Shown here: positions 12,615-26,860 of the stretch, one piece after another
Position numbering within the stretch: the first letter of the stretch is position 1
How the letters are laid out: each line of letters begins with the position of its first letter
Assembly: GCA_905178155.1 (NCBI GenBank)
Contig: CAJINV010000008.1
Coordinates: 4,303,420-4,367,419, forward strand
From: Amoebophrya sp. A120
Lineage: Eukaryota; Protista; Dinoflagellata
Direction of reading: 5' to 3'
DNA length: 64,000 bases
Program-made: the position numbers and the translations under genes
Notes under the pieces: model-generated
What the model saw: only the letters and a program-made list of their open reading frames with translations
Told to the model about the DNA's origin: nothing
The model's database searches: none

Positions 12615-13579
12615 TAGATCATGATGACGAGAGTTTATTACCATGTTGTTGAAATGTTTTACCTAGACTCAAACACAAATTGTAATTGATTCCAGGTCCT
12701 CGAGCACCCCCGCGCCTGGCAATGCGCTTCACGAAGTTCGGTCTATTTCTTCGCGTGGTCGTCGACCGCAGGAAGAACAAGATACTGGCTCTTCGTCACG
12801 AGAGGCGAGACGCTCCTTGTCCATGCGTACGCTTTCGGTGCTGCGCGCCATAATTCGACGTGTCCACCAGCGCCGGACTCTCGGTCGGCAAGAAAAAGAA
12901 GTCGCGCACCCCACAGGAGCTTCGCCCACCGAGGGCACGCAAATAATATATTACGCGAGAAGAAACGACGTGAAGGCCGCGTCGTGTTCCGGTACACCGA
13001 CGTGCTTCAAGGGGCGGGAAGCGATTTTTCACGACCACACGGCGGCTGCAGCCGACGTTAAAAACGCGACATTCGTCCTGAACGACGAGCACCGCACGAC
13101 TTGCAAAAATAGTACCGCCGTGCACCACCAAATGGTGGTCGCGAAGAACTGCACCATCAATCGCGAGAAAGTAGGCTCGTGCGAGGAGTCTGACTCCTCG
13201 CGAGTAAGAGAATGGCCTTCACTGCAGTCTATACGTCGACTATGGCGAGGGGCTGGCGCTTCGAAAACGACTCCCCGCAAGTCCCCGCCTCTGTTCGCCG
13301 CTGCCGTGGCGGTCGGTGAGGGAACGAATCTGCAAGAGCAGGTATACGGAAATGAAATGCATTCTGTGGTCGTGGTCAGTGAAAAAGTTTTCTCAGCATG
13401 AGCACAACTTACTTCACTAGCAACATCCGTGTTGAGTTGCTTTATGTTATTGTCATGCTCTCTATAATTTCCGAGGACTCGCACGAGGGCCGATTCTGGT
13501 TTTATTGTGTAGCACTCTTTATTTTTCCTTGTCACCTTCCACCTGTGCCTATGATCGGACTAGCGGAATAAAAAAAAAT

Positions 13580-16500
13580 AGGAGCGCCGTCTTCTTCGGG
13601 AAGGGGAGACGCAGATGAGAACCACGCAGGGGGAGGAAATCTTGCTCGAGCAGAAGCAAGCACGGAAAGAAGCAAAAACGACACAGAAGGAGGAGCAGCA
13701 GCACGCGCGCAAAAAAGAAAAAAAGACACAACAAGAGGAACACATAATATCCAGTCAAGAAATAAAGTGTGCTAGCGTTTGATATCTTTTTCGGAAAACA
13801 TCCTTGATATGTCTTTACAAATTTGTAGTCCGACAAAAAAGCAAAAGGAAAAGCTTGTCACGCGCAGTAGAGAGTGCGTGACCAACATGCGCTTGAATGA
13901 ATCCTGCAATGCAGGACTAGCATGGCAACTGTTTCCAGGTGTCTTGCATGCCAAACCTGACAGCCTCACACTGACACACTTTGAAACTAAACACAAATTC
14001 ATCAACTTCGACGACGTGAATGAGCAATTGGAAGAAAACTGGAGTGCCCACCACGACTCCACTATGGGGTTTGACAACACAGACCCTGGTATCCTATGTG
14101 GAAACGTCCTTCCGCCCACCGAAAAGTGAAGATGGGAATCTGGCTACAACTTACACAGCAAGTCAGTATGGGATAGATGTTGAAGAGGCACTTATTTGGG
14201 TATTTTTTCTGGACGAGAGCGAGAGGGGAATAATAATAATAAAGACGGGCTTTTGATGATGTACTTTTTTTCAGATTCATGTGTAGGTCTAGGTGCGGTC
14301 TTTTCAGTCAAAAACACACAACAAACAAAAAATGATATCATGCTCAACAAATCAATTTTTGAGCTCGCAGCTTAATCCTATTTCGCTAATGCAGCCGCAT
14401 CATCGAAGAAGTCGGTCGCCTAAACCTGATGCTAGCATGACAAGATCACAGATAGCATATAGATATCTCTCCTCTTCCTCATGGAGCTGTGCATGAGAAA
14501 CTTTGATTTTGGGCTGCATGGGGTGGGGAGGACGTTTTCGCACAGGATTCCCGGCTTCAAAGACCCTGCAGACGCCGAAAAGTTTGAAAACTTTCTCGAC
14601 TTGCTGCAGACGGATCCGGATAAGGCGGCAGACTTTTCGGCCGCGGAAGACCTGGACCTGGACCGCGTGCCGGCTCCCCAGCAACTGGCCGTGTTGGAAT
14701 CCATGGCAGACGTGTGGGGAAAAGACGAGGCCGAGCACGCTTTTCCCGACAATAAGTTTCCAAACGTCCACCACGACGGCGACGATTGGCCGAAAGACTT
14801 CAGCGAAGTTTGGGTGAAATTGCCAAAAAAACCCCACGAACACGGGGAGACGCCCCGCAAAGCTTTTGGCTGGGGGTTCCACGAACACATGGAGAAACGC
14901 TTCAAGGATCGGGTGTTTGACGAGGACAATAAGCACAAGGATAAGATCCTCACTTGGAACGACCTCGACGCCTACGCGGACGTCCGGGGGAAGCACAAGG
15001 ATGCGCTGTACGAATATCCTGAGTAAAAACATCCCCACACCAGAGTCAAGATGGGGATTTTGCAACACAAACCTAGAACTTTTGGGAGTCACGCATCACA
15101 AGTTGCAGTCCGTAGTGTAGTGCAGGTTCGCAAGGCCAGCTGCGTCAGAAATCCATCTGCTCATCCTGTTTACAGCATTACAAATTCCAAAACACGAATG
15201 GAAATGGCTCTCATGGGGATGCGCATTACAAGTCTTCCTGTCTTTGCAAATCTGCATTACAACTCTGGCGTGGGTACGTTTTTACTCAGGATAACGAACT
15301 CGATTGGGTAGAGATGGGCGGCGATTTATGGAGAGAAAAAAGTTTGTCACAGTCACTGCCTTGCAGGTTTTGCATTACAAATTTTTTCAGCGTCACAGCT
15401 TTCCCCTGTATTGCAGAAACACTAGGGAAATCCCTTACGAAGTTTGGCTGTGATGCATTTTTACGCATGACAGAAAGTTTTGTATTGCAAAAATGCGCAT
15501 GAGTGATCGTGACGAACTTTTTTTGTTTGATACGATTCGGATATCGTAACGAAGAATTTTTCCCTCTGCTCGACGTTTGTGTTAGGAATTTCTGTGTTCT
15601 TCCGAGTAGAGATTTGTGATGTAGAAGTACTCACATAAAAAAATCCTCGTCTTGTATGGCTAGAAATAAGGGCAAAGAAGTACTTTTTACGCTCGCAGCT
15701 TAGCTTGCAGGCTATTTGTCATGCCTTGTCGTGCCATGCAGCTGCTCTACTCTGTGAAGATGCCCAAGACCACGCAAATGGCTGTTTAAGAATGCCAGAC
15801 AGAACCACATGTCGTATGATCTCTGCCACATCGCTTTAAAGGTGAGAAGTTAGGTTGTGTGCGCAAAAAAGAAAACCGCTTTTCTGTAGTAGTTCTTGCT
15901 TCGTTGATGAATGAGGGGAGAGGCGATTTTTCACTCTCATATGTGACACTTACGACCAGCTGGCGGGAGCGGACCACAAACTGACCAAAGAGGACTTCAA
16001 ATCCGGATCCGCCCTGCATCAATTCGCAAACAGCGAGACGGCAGCAGATATCCCACAGTAAAAAGCAGGCAGGGCATTATATTTGTAACGCAAGAATGAA
16101 TGCGCAGAATGAAGTGAGAAAATCTGCAATGTGCATCCTAAGCAGCATGCTGCAGGTGCGGTGGCAGATTTTATTTTTGTGTATTTCTTTTTTCTTTTTT
16201 TATGCATTACTTAGTAGAAATATGCCCTGCCGCCGGTTTTTTTCTGCGGGATAGCCGACGGCCAGCTGAGCCGCGCGGAGTACAATCACGCTGCCTGGGA
16301 AGCCGAAGTGGCGGACCGAAACGACCTCCCAGGTCAGGACAGCGACGAGCTCAGCTGGGGCGACATGATGAGCAAACACAACAACGTGGATACGAACCCT
16401 AAAGACGGCAAGATCCAAAAAAGCGAATGGCACGGGAGCAAACGAACCTGGGACGCGCTGAGCAGCCTGCACGAACCAAAAGCCGAGCTATCCTACAGAC

Positions 16501-19500
16501 AAGCGCACCCATACTGCCATAAAATCAGAAAGTATTTGTAGATCATGCAGTACGTAGTGTTTTCTTGTCGCGTCTACAAAGAAGGAGCTCCCGCCACGTC
16601 TATTGTTTATTGTTGAGCATCTTCATGAATTTATCAGTCGTGAGTCATCTCTCGTGCAGTTTTCTTCGCATTACAGTCTCCATGTTGCAGCGCGACAGGT
16701 TTCTTTAACCTCGCCCATCTTGCGGCTCAGCATTGCAAAGCTTACTTTGTGCGAGAAATAATAAAGCATAGAGCACACAAACGCAAATGTTGTCTGGTGG
16801 CTTCGCGAGCGTGCGGCTTCTCTCCAGGATATCAGCTTTCACGCGAAGACTTCAGTAAGGCCGACGTGGACGGGAACCCGGGCGTGGACAGAAACGAAAT
16901 CTACCTTGCGTACCTGCGAAACGGTAAGGATCATATCAGCTGGACCCGTCTGGACAACCTATTCGACAAAGACCCAGACAACGGGAAAATTACTCGATCG
17001 GAATTTGTCGCGAAGGGCGGCAGCAACGAACTGTTCGACTCTTGGGCGGCTACCGCGTACACGCCCGCAGAAAAACCTGGCGACGTCGTGTATCACCTGC
17101 AGCTAAGGGGCTACTTACAATCTTAACTGTTGGATACAATCTTGCGACAGAGGACTCTGGATTTTGTCTTCCATAAACAGCAACATCATACCGAGGCAGC
17201 TCAGCTCCTCGGAATACAAATTTCACCGGAAGACGACGATTCTTGTGCGGTTACTTATTTGGAGTTCGAGAACAACTTGTCACGGGCGTTCCTGTGTTGA
17301 GCATATGCCACCAGCAGATCGTGCGTCGTTCATTGCATTTTTTGCATTGTGTCGCTTTGGTTTTCTAGGTGCATTTTTTGCATTGCAAATCTCCGCTTTA
17401 TTGATTCATTGCATCAGTCGAGGCTGTAAGTATTAATACCTGAGCGGCCCATATCACGGGCAGCAATACCCTCGGGGAAGAGGAGTGGAAACTACTGGCC
17501 GGGAAGGAAGAGAATCTGGACCAGAAGGAAATATCCTGCGAAAGAACGTTCCCACCCTCTCCTTTGTGAAAATTTGAAGTTTCTCTGTGCTTTAATTTGG
17601 TCTTTTCCAGTACATAAACATCCCCAGGGTCAAGATGGGGATCTCGCAACACAAATCCAGAGGTTTTGGGAGTCACGCGTGACAAGTTGCTCTTTGTTGT
17701 AAGTAGTGTAATGCAGGTCAGCAAGAAGGACAGCCGGCATCACAAAGCCGTCTGCTTATCCTGTTTGCAGCATCACAATTGCGATCAAGTATGCGTATGC
17801 ACATTGCTCATCTTTTTGTCACTCCAAATCCGCATGACAGCTCTGCTGGGGTGCAAAGATTCCGTTAGCATGACAACTCTGGTGGTGCGGGGACGTTTTT
17901 ACTCTAGTTGATAGGAAATGCAGAAGCTTTATGACGTGGACGCGCGCGACGGATGGGCGGGATACACTTCCACGAAAGTCCATCCGGGCAAGGAAAACAT
18001 CCTCTCCATGGCGGACCTGAACAAATTGGACAAGTCAGGAGACAACAGCGTCACCTTCGAAGAGTCGCAGGATTTCAAAAGCCCAATGCCGCGCAACCTG
18101 TTTCACCAACTGGATCGGAATCACGACGGGCGAGTCAACGAAAACGACTTCACACGCGTCGAAAACGTGTTGGAAAAATACTACCCAGTCAGTACGAAGC
18201 AGGATGGCAAACTCAATGTGGATGAGCGCTACCATCTGGATCTGCTCGGGTGGGATGGGGAAGCCTCCCCCGGAGACAGCCCGCCCTTCGATGAGGTATC
18301 AAATGCAAAAATAAACATCTTTGGGTCGAGAAGGGTGCACACGTTTGTCATGCTTGTCTGTGGCGTGATGTCGTGTATTGCATGCACCCGAAGACGAGCT
18401 CGTCTAGTGTCCTGTGGTCATGCAGAAACGCAATTTTTCATGAGCAATTACAGGCAACACATCATAGCCGCCCAAAGTAAACCTCCTGCTGTCATGCTTC
18501 CCTATGCATTGCAGAGCGTTGTCATGACTAGTACAGTACTCACAGACTTACCTTGGAACTTTCCAGACCCAGACATATTTGCAAACCATGCGAGAGCAAG
18601 GCGGACAAAACGCCACTGCGGCAGACCGAGGACGAGTTGGCCGAGGACAAAGACTGGGAGCACAACCGGCACAAACTCTTCGACAACAGGAACGAAGAGC
18701 ACAACAACGACTATCTCGACTGGGGAGACGTCAACGACCTGAATGCGAAGAGCGACGACGCGGCAGAAAAAAAGGTGGTCACCCGCAAGGAGTGGACGGA
18801 TGGCGGGCTCGATGAGGACCTGTACGAAACCCTCGCGGGACGGGACCACAAGCTCACCGCTAGTGACTTCGACAAAGGCGTATGCCTTGCAAATATGTCT
18901 GGAGGGTCTCGAAGGATGTTGCAAACTTGTGATGCTAACCTCGGATCCTAACAAAATTCTGTATTGCAGGAGCAGCAAGCGCATTCGAGTTGTTGCTACA
19001 CGGGCGAGAGGGCATGACTTACGAAGCTGGATAGGCATCAAGAAGCCGCCACAAAAGCTGTGATCCCAGGGTATGCATCGCAGGCATGGTGGGTTATCTT
19101 ACTATAATCTTATGCAAAATGCGCATGACAAACCCTATAGCATCCCGTCTCCAGACTCAGACATTATATTTGCACTCCATAGAGGGGCTCCGTGTACAAT
19201 CTCGGGGACCGCGAACACGGCTTTCACATTATCCTGAGTAAAAACGTACCCACACCAGAGTCAGGATGGGGATTTTGCAACACAAACCTAGGAGTTTTGT
19301 GAGTCACGCATGACAAGTTGCACTATGCAGTGTAGTGCAGGTTAGCAAGTGCAGCCGCATCACAGATTCATCCGCTCATCCTGTTCACAGCATCACAAAT
19401 TCCAAAACACGCTTGGAAATGGCTTTCATGGGCATGCGCATTACAAGTCTTCCTGTCTTACAACTCTGGTGTGGGTACGTTTTTACTCAGGATACACATC

Positions 19501-22500
19501 GATAAGCACCGGCTGGACCAAATCCGTTGGGAGGCTGAGGTCGCAGACCACTCGGGCGACGAGGACCAAATCTCGTATTGTGAGAAAAACTCCCCGTTCT
19601 CCAGACTCAAAATGAAAACTTGTGATGCTTATGGGAAAAATGAAGGCCGTTTGGCGCATTTCACATCCAATCTGTGATGCGCTTTTGCCTCCTCCATAGC
19701 TGCTCTCTGCCATGCCTAAGTGCTGGCCTTGACCATACCCGCGCAGGCTCAGAAAATGCCTCCATGCGCTTGCTGCAATACAGCACGACTGATATGTGTG
19801 CAGACATGCAGCAACAGAAATTTCCTTTTTTCTATGGGACGGGGCTTTTTTCATTCCGATATCTCGGGCGCGGATCTCTTTCCCGCGGAAGCCGGCGAAA
19901 AAAACGCCGGCCAGCAGGAAATCAAAAAGTCAGAGTGGAAAGGGTTACCCGAAACGTGGGAAACTCTAGCCGGGCGAACGGAGCCGAGCGGCACGTTCAA
20001 GCGCGACGATTTGGCGCACGCCAACGTGGACGGTGTGCCCGGGGTGTCGCGCGACGAGCTGTTTCTCGCGGACTTGGCGCGCTCGAAGAAAGAAGAAAAG
20101 TATTACACAGAAAAAATAAACCGGCAGAGCATATTGTGCATATCATGTTGCATCATGGCTGGTACTTACATATTATTTGTGACGCAAAAACAAATTTGAA
20201 AGATGAAAAATGGGCGATCCCAGTTGTACACCATGGTACTATTTGAGAAGATATGCAACAGAGATAGTATTGCTGTGTGCTACTTTAAATTTGTTTTTGC
20301 ATTACGTTTACAAATCTGCCCTGCCGGCTTTTTTTTTGTGTGATCAGACATTTCAAGAGCACATCGGATGGGCGGACCTGGACGCGAGGCATCTGGTGAG
20401 CAAGGACAGCCCGCCACGCGTGAAGCTGAGTGACTGGAAAGAACACGGCGGCTCCGAGGCGTTGTTCCACGCCCTGTCGCGGACCGCGGGAAGCCGGGAT
20501 GTGATCGGAAAAGACGAGTTCAGAGCGCTCAGCATCGACGGAAAGGGCGACGAAGAGAGCGCGGGAAGGCTGGACCGGGGTGAGCTGCGCAGGATCTTCG
20601 ATGTCGACAGGGACGACGGCTGGATGGGCTTCGTCGCCGAAAAAACCGGGAACACCCCCGGCCTGCTCACCTTCAAGGACTTGGAAAGTCTCCAAAAAAA
20701 CGAGGATCCGAAAAGTGAATTGACGTGGGATGAGGCGAAAAAAGCCGGCATGCCGCTGAACTTCTGGAACCAAATGGTGGACCCGAGGCACCTATGCAGT
20801 GCAAATATCAAGCTGGGTCAGGAAGATTAAGTACAAGATTTGTGATGCAGGGGTCCCATTCCCCATGTGGTCTGCTATGCAGGACTTAGCATCTTCACAG
20901 AGACCTCTAGAAGGTCGCTTGCATGCCTATCCTGTCTGAGGAACACTTGCTGTCAACTTCACCAAAAACGAGGGCCTACTTTTGATGGTCACGCAAGACG
21001 AATTTTTGTGTGACCCTCAGCATGCATCACAAGTCTGTTCTCATCCAGGAGACCCGGACATATTTGCATTCGGTAGCACACGGATGGAAAGAAAGACGAC
21101 GTGATCACCGAGAAGGATTTATCCCACAGAAAATGACAGGCGGGGGATATTTGTAAATGTAATGCAATCTAAAATACGCAATTGAAAGCTCTGTATGTAT
21201 TGCATATCCTAACGACCACGCTAGGGGCTCACCCATGGCAAGTCTTTCGGTTAATTTGTTTCTGCATCACAAGCATGCCGTGCCTGTCTTTTTCTCTGGC
21301 ATAGGACTTCAAGGACGTGTGGAATGCGGAACCGCTTACACATTCCGAGCACGATAAGGCCGGCAAATATGCGCTCACGGCTGCCGACCGCGAAGAGCTG
21401 GACCACCACGGCTGGGATGAGGTCAAGGACGATCCGAACACACTATCCATTGCAAATGTGTCGTGGTGTTCCGGAAACTTTTGATGCTCCATTGTGAATA
21501 ACTGCCACTACAGTTGTGCTTGTGAGTGCAATCAAGCATGAGAAGTTTTTGGGGCGCTCTCTCATGCTCGTCCTTAGTGCGCATTACAAGTCGCAGGTGA
21601 TGTGCACGACAAAAACAAGCTGCGCTTGATTTCTTGGTCATGGAATGAAGATTATTTGCAGGAGTACAGCGAGGCAAGCTCAGTGTGTTCTTTCACTTTT
21701 GTGTCAAACCAAGACATGTTTGCAGTTGATACACACCCAGTGACGACGACGATCCAGAACCGCCCAAAACTACGACTCTATCCTGAGAAAAAACCCCTCC
21801 TTCGGATGAAACTCAAAGGAGGAATTGTGATGCGAGATTTGTGTACACAAATCAAAGCTGTGTAGTTGCTAGATGCCAGAGGGGCTGAAGTATAATCCTG
21901 GGCCATTTTGCAGGGAACTTGTCATTCTATTCTGGGTATAACGCGATGGCTTTCTGTCATGGTGGACATGCAGCGACCTTTATCCATGCCAGATAATGCA
22001 CTAAGCTCCGGCTCGCTTCTCTTCTAGCATGACAACTTGATTTGCGTACCCAAGTCGCCTTTTTGAACACCAGTGGAGGGAGAGGAGATTTTTCATAATG
22101 ATATACTCATCATCCCCACGACGATGACGACAACACTACAAAACCGCCGACGTCGGGTAACGTATCCCTTCAAGAATAGCCCTTACGCGTCCATCAGAAA
22201 AAAGTATTTATCAATATGTGCACCTGAAGATGTGGTGTGAGCCGTAATATCTCTGACGAACAAACACCAGACAGGAGCCTTCCTTTCTTGCACGAATTCG
22301 CCTGTCAGCGCGGATTCAGGACAGACTGGCATACAGAGAATGTAGTATCAATACGAATGTACGCCTTCGCCGGACGGAGAGGAAACTTAACGAGGGTTGT
22401 ATGTATCGCAAAGTTGTACGTTGCGACTTTCTGTCCCTCGAATTCCACTCCCCCCGCCAGACGTCACTAAATGCTTCGTCTCTTGAAGCGAGATTTGCAA

Positions 22501-25500
22501 GGAAGCGCATTTTAGATTCGGAGGCGCCGGGGGCTATTTTCGGGCTGATAAGAGAACCATATCCTGTGTAGAACATGAGTCCCCGCCACATGGTCATCAA
22601 TACTCGATGTTTCCATGTGGAGGAATGTGGTCCCTTCTGCACATAGATACTTCTTTCTTCAACACTTTATTCCCATCCGTGATCGTGGTCTTGGTGAAGC
22701 AGAACAAAAAGTCATTTATGACCTCCCCTCATGATTAGTGTAATGGCCTGGGAGGTGCGCCGAGGCTAGAACAAGCCTACTCGTCCTACTCGTCCTCGAC
22801 GGCGGGCGAATACAAAGTGTCGCGCCGAAGCTAAAATGGCCGGACGTGCGTCTTGCCATCCTCGCTGTACTGAAGCCGATCGCCTCGCTGGAAAAGATCG
22901 TATGCGCGGGTGGTGCTAAGGGCACTCGAACCACCGAGCGAAGGCACGAATCTTCGGGACACTCGGAGGGTGGGCGGCGCTGTGGTTTGTGTGTTTTTCG
23001 AAAAGTAAGGACGAGCCGGCACGTGGCCCCATTGCGTGGAGGCCCAGCAGCGCTCCCCTCCCCCGGGCAGTGGGGCGAGCCACTTAACCTTTGCTCCGCC
23101 CCCCCACGCCGGTGATGCGGGTAGCGGCAGGTGACCGCGCTGGTGCGGCGGAAAAGGAGCGCACGCAGGCTATTCGTCTTCAAAAAAGTAAGCGTCAGCT
23201 GAAATCGCACGGAAGCGCCACTACGGTGCGTCCTATCCGATGCATTTACTCGACGGCACCGGCAGGTCGTTATCATACATCTTTTTTGAGGGTGCAATGG
23301 GATATTCCACCTCTCGACAGGCTGTAGCACTCCAAAAAAAAAAAACAGCGCCGACCACGGCGCACAAAACCACTCCGCATCCCGACAACACTGCGGATCC
23401 CCATCACGACAACAAGAAGGACACAACATCGGATACTACCAACCACCTTACTCCGTGTAGAAGAGTCCCCGCCGCATGGTCATCAACCCGCAATGTTTGC
23501 ATGTGCAGGAACGTGCGTGATCTGCTCTGCTTCCTCGGCGTGAAAGTACGTAGGTATCTCACTCCCATCCGCGGACTGGTGGTGGTAAAAAAGTGATTTA
23601 CATGAAAATATCCGGCACTTGGGAGAGGCACGCAGCTCCGTGCGGTGGCTGTGTGAGTTGTCAGTCACTCCGATGATACTGAACTTCTCCCTCTCCTTGT
23701 TCCCATGTACTTTTGTCACGCAAAATAAAAAACAGTATCTCCGCCTTTTTGCTGCACGTAGATTTTCATCAAAAGTTCCGGAAGGAGAAGAAGCCCAAAC
23801 AGAAATACGATCCAATGGCTAGTTCGTCACGCAAGAGCTATAATTTCTTGCGCGTCGGTTGTGTGGTTGTATGAATATGCCTTTGCTTTCCGAAGGCGGA
23901 GGGGGGTCGTACACCATCATGACTTTGAGAACAACTAAATTGTTTTGCCTTGCGTGCTTACGCGGCTGACGCTGGCTTGTAAGTTGTGTACATCACAGAC
24001 ATCAATATCAGAAGGACGCACGTTTTGCTTGACAATTTTGATGACCTGGGCCTGATTCTATTGCATAGGCACTACGTCGGATCCGGCCAAAACATCAGTC
24101 CCCGTGACAAACGGACCGGTCCCGCCCTCGAGCCCCTCGTCGTTATCGGGGAAGCAAGCGCTAGCATACCAAATGATTTCTAATGCAAAAATCAGCACGC
24201 GAGTAAATCTGACTTGTATGCCTCCCACTCCACGCTGTGGTCTCGTCGCGCATAACAAACTATGATTTCATCTGGTAAATGTATTTGTGTATTACAAAGA
24301 TGGTATGCTGGCTATGTATTTCTATGTGATACGAGAAAGAGCCGCAGACGCAGTTCGACCTGAAAAAATATTGTCTAGAGCATCCTCTATATTGCGGTGC
24401 AGCAGGAGTAGTGGGCGGCGCTGCACTCGGTGGCCTCGCCTACGGTGCTTTTGGTCGAAACAAGCGAACACGAGCGCCGCGACCCCAAGAGCCACAGTCC
24501 GACGCATCATCCGATGAGCCGGCGAGAAATGATACACCAGAGAGGCCATGGGACCCGGTAGATACGACCGACCGACCGCCGCCCCCGGAGCCTGATCATG
24601 GTGCTGCTGCCCCTGATTCTGGGGTAACAACAAAGGTCGACGTGCAGGTGGACAGTGGTCGTAGACGACGTGGCGGCTCCAGTTCCAGGAAGAGTTCCAA
24701 GAGTGGTTCCAAAAGCAGTTCCAAAAGTAGTTCCAAAAGTTCATCCAGCAAAAATTCCAGAAGTATCAAATTGAAAAGTGCACCGCTCTCAGGAAGTGAA
24801 AGGCAAAGTCTCAAAGTCGCTCTATGAGACACTATCTTGTATTTTTGCATATACTGGAACGCAACGCGTTTTGATGTCTCATCGCATTTATAGAGTAGAC
24901 TCAGGCATATGCACTGCACCCTGTCACTTATAGTGCGCAGCTGTGCAACACTGCTTCTCGCTAAGTAATATTCTGCATCAAAATAAATCGGTGATGTTGA
25001 TGCATGCAAAGTGGGAGATCTTGATTCCTTGGGGAAGGCCCTGCACTTTTCAAAATGATAACCAAGGAAAGCTCTTCTTCGAGATCTGCGTCGTCTTCTC
25101 GAAAAGGATCAGCCTCGTCCTCTCGACGATCATCCTCGTCTCGATCATCCAGCCGTGGCGGTTCTTTCCTGCAGCAGGAGCCAGACGAGAATATCCTGTG
25201 TAAAAACGTCCTCAACCCAGAGTTCTCATGCAAATCCGCAAGCCTGAAATTTTTCTCATGCGCCCCCGCTCCTCCCTCGGGCAGGAGATCCTGTGCCTGT
25301 GGCGCTGAGTGCGCGTGTCGACTCCATGATGATGATGATGTGCAGGACCAAGAGCAGCACTTCTTACTGTTGTCTGGGATTTTGTCATGCTGGAATCAGG
25401 ATGAGATGATCGCAGTATCTAAACACAATCATACTACGTGCCCAAATTAATATTGTCATGCGCAATAGCCAACATTTGTTGAGGTTGACTTGTGTAAAAA

Positions 25501-25860
25501 AGTGCCCATTTTTACCCTGGGATTATGGGGCCTCGTTTTTACACAGGATCAAGATGAAGCCAAACAACGGATCGCAAGAACTGGACGAGAAGGCCCAGCG
25601 TGAGGAACAGGGTGAACAAGTACCGCCAACAGCAGGTCCAGCGCTCGAACGGGAGCAAGCATCTGGTCAAGTGCTACAACACGAAATTGTACGAGGCGAC
25701 CACGATGATGCTGCTTCCCCTACCTCATCGGAGGAAGAAGCTGATCCGTACGACACACACAACGCAGCCGACTGGGATTCCGCCGATCCCCTCTCCTCGC
25801 CCTTGCTCCACACCACCACCACGAGTACTTCCACCTTTTACGTGGGGGCGCGACAGCATG
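13580..25860 (+). CDS. Large acidic EF-hand-like repeat protein with an internal hydrophobic segment and Ser-rich region; about 20 introns; 5' end uncertain (possibly from about 12700)
   Basis: Exons join in frame after introner removal. Loops DKSGDNSVTFEE, DRNHDGRVNENDF, DVDGNPGVDRNE, NVDGVPGVSRDE; recurring ISWxDLD...ITxxEW..GG...LF..LAG.D..LT..DF unit; AGVVGGAALGGLAYGAF; SSKS repeats. Confidence 0.75.
14090..14549. mobile_element. Introner
   Basis: TATCCTATGTGGAAACGTCCT...AGGACGTTTTCGCACAGGATT; direct repeat CCTGG/CCCGG; removal joins DPG to FKDP. Confidence 0.85.
15015..15293. mobile_element. Introner, family A
   Basis: About 32-bp TIR, perfect direct repeat ACGAA; interior similar to 19230-19494 and, inverted, to 27811-28089. 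Confidence 0.95.
15327..15532. mobile_element. Introner, family D
   Basis: Perfect direct repeat CGATT; reverse-complement relative of 2658-2865. Confidence 0.9.
15542..18590. mobile_element. Series of introners: 15542-15941, 16049-16253, 16489-16831, 17091-17453, 17532-17913, 18297-18590
   Basis: All start TAT and end ATA or ATG. Flanks TCGGA/TGTGA, GCAGA/GCCGA, CGAGC/TCAGC, TCGTG/TCACG, GGAAA/GGAAA, TGAGG/CGAGA. Frame is preserved each time. Confidence 0.85.
18881..22103. mobile_element. Series of introners: 18881-19181, 19576-19861, 20101-20345, 20793-21075, 21120-21303, 21444-21731, 21779-22103
   Basis: Flanks AGGCG/GAGGG, TCTCG/TCTCG, AAAAG/AGACA, GCACC/GCACA, GGATT/GGACT, CACAC/CACAC, GACTC/TACTC; frame preserved. 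Confidence 0.85.
19230..19494. mobile_element. Introner, family A (youngest-looking copy)
   Basis: Perfect 32-bp TIR TATCCTGAGTAAAAACGTACCCACACCAGAGT and perfect direct repeat CACAT. Confidence 0.97.
24764..25550. mobile_element. Two introners: 24764-25060 and 25192-25550
   Basis: TATCAAATTGAAAAGTGCA...TGCACTTTTCAAAATGATA and TATCCTGTGTAAAAACG...CGTTTTTACACAGGATC; frame preserved (SRKESS; DEMKP). Confidence 0.85.
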
Positions 25861-26459
25861 AGGCGAGAGGTGAGGAAGATTTGAATTATGGCTTACAGAA
25901 ATTAGTTCCTACCCTTGTTCCCGAAAGCTTAGGTTTGAAAAAAATGGAAACAAACCGCGAGGGGGGTTTAGCTTGCACACTCTCGCAGTCGCTTGGAATG
26001 GCCGAAGGCCATGAAAAATGTGGCTGGGAAGCAGCCAGCGCGCGAGCTTGGGGGAGAATGGGCAGCCGTCTTCGGCGGGGCTGCGGCGCTTCTCCTGCCG
26101 GGCTGCCAGGAGTGGGCCTTGCGCTCCTGCTCGTTGAAAGCGAGTTGCTTTGAAGTGCCCTGCTATTGGAAACGAATTACTTGCAATGCCTTGGCATAGC
26201 AAGTATTTTGTTTGCTGTGCTAGTATATTGCAAGTTATTCGTGTTCAGCGCCAGGTCGTTGAAAGCAACGCGCCCTCAATATAAGGGGTCGCCTAGCAGC
26301 TGCCACACTTTAGCCTTTCGGAAATGCGTTCCCAAGGTTTGCCGGAAATTCTGGGAGCACATTTCGGCAAGGCCCCCACGTCGGCTTTGTGCTCTGGCCG
26401 GCAGTAGGTCTGAAGACCTCGCGCAAAATCATCCGACGTCGGGGAGATAAAGAAGCGCG

Positions 26460-26860
26460 CTCCTAAGATTTTCGCCGCGTCGAGACCTGGGATCATAGTT
26501 CTCCTAAGCCCCCGCCCAAGATGATGCTGTGCGGGTTTTTCTGTGTTTCAAGACCAGAACACAAACTCGGGTAGCATTCTCGTGCTCTGGCCTGCAGAAT
26601 TGTGCTCCTAAGATTTGCTGATATCGAACTCAAATCCGGGAATTCCTCAGATGCGAGCTCACATTCGAGAACTCCTCACATGTGAGCGCACATCCAAGAG
26701 TTAGCAGGTCAGAAGACCTGCGCAGCATAATTTTTCGGATGGGACTTCACCTCCGAGGAACTCCCGGACGTGAACTCACATCCAGGAATTCCTCGCGTGT
26801 CAGCTCATATCCGAGAACTTCTCGGATGTGCGCAGACATCCCAGGAGTTAGTATTTGATG
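26460..26860. repeat. Degenerate minisatellite (about 29-30 nt subunits, about 146-nt higher-order duplication)
   Basis: GAACTCA(A/C)ATCC(G/A)GGAATTCCTC at about 26626 and 26772, each followed by a similar GCTCA.AT.CGAGAACT.CTC..ATGTG..CACATCC..GAGTTAG. Confidence 0.7.

Noticed and set aside
24678-25160. AGTTCCAAAAG / TCCTCG repeats as non-coding tandem elements
   Set aside because: They encode Ser/Lys/Arg low-complexity tracts of the EF-hand gene
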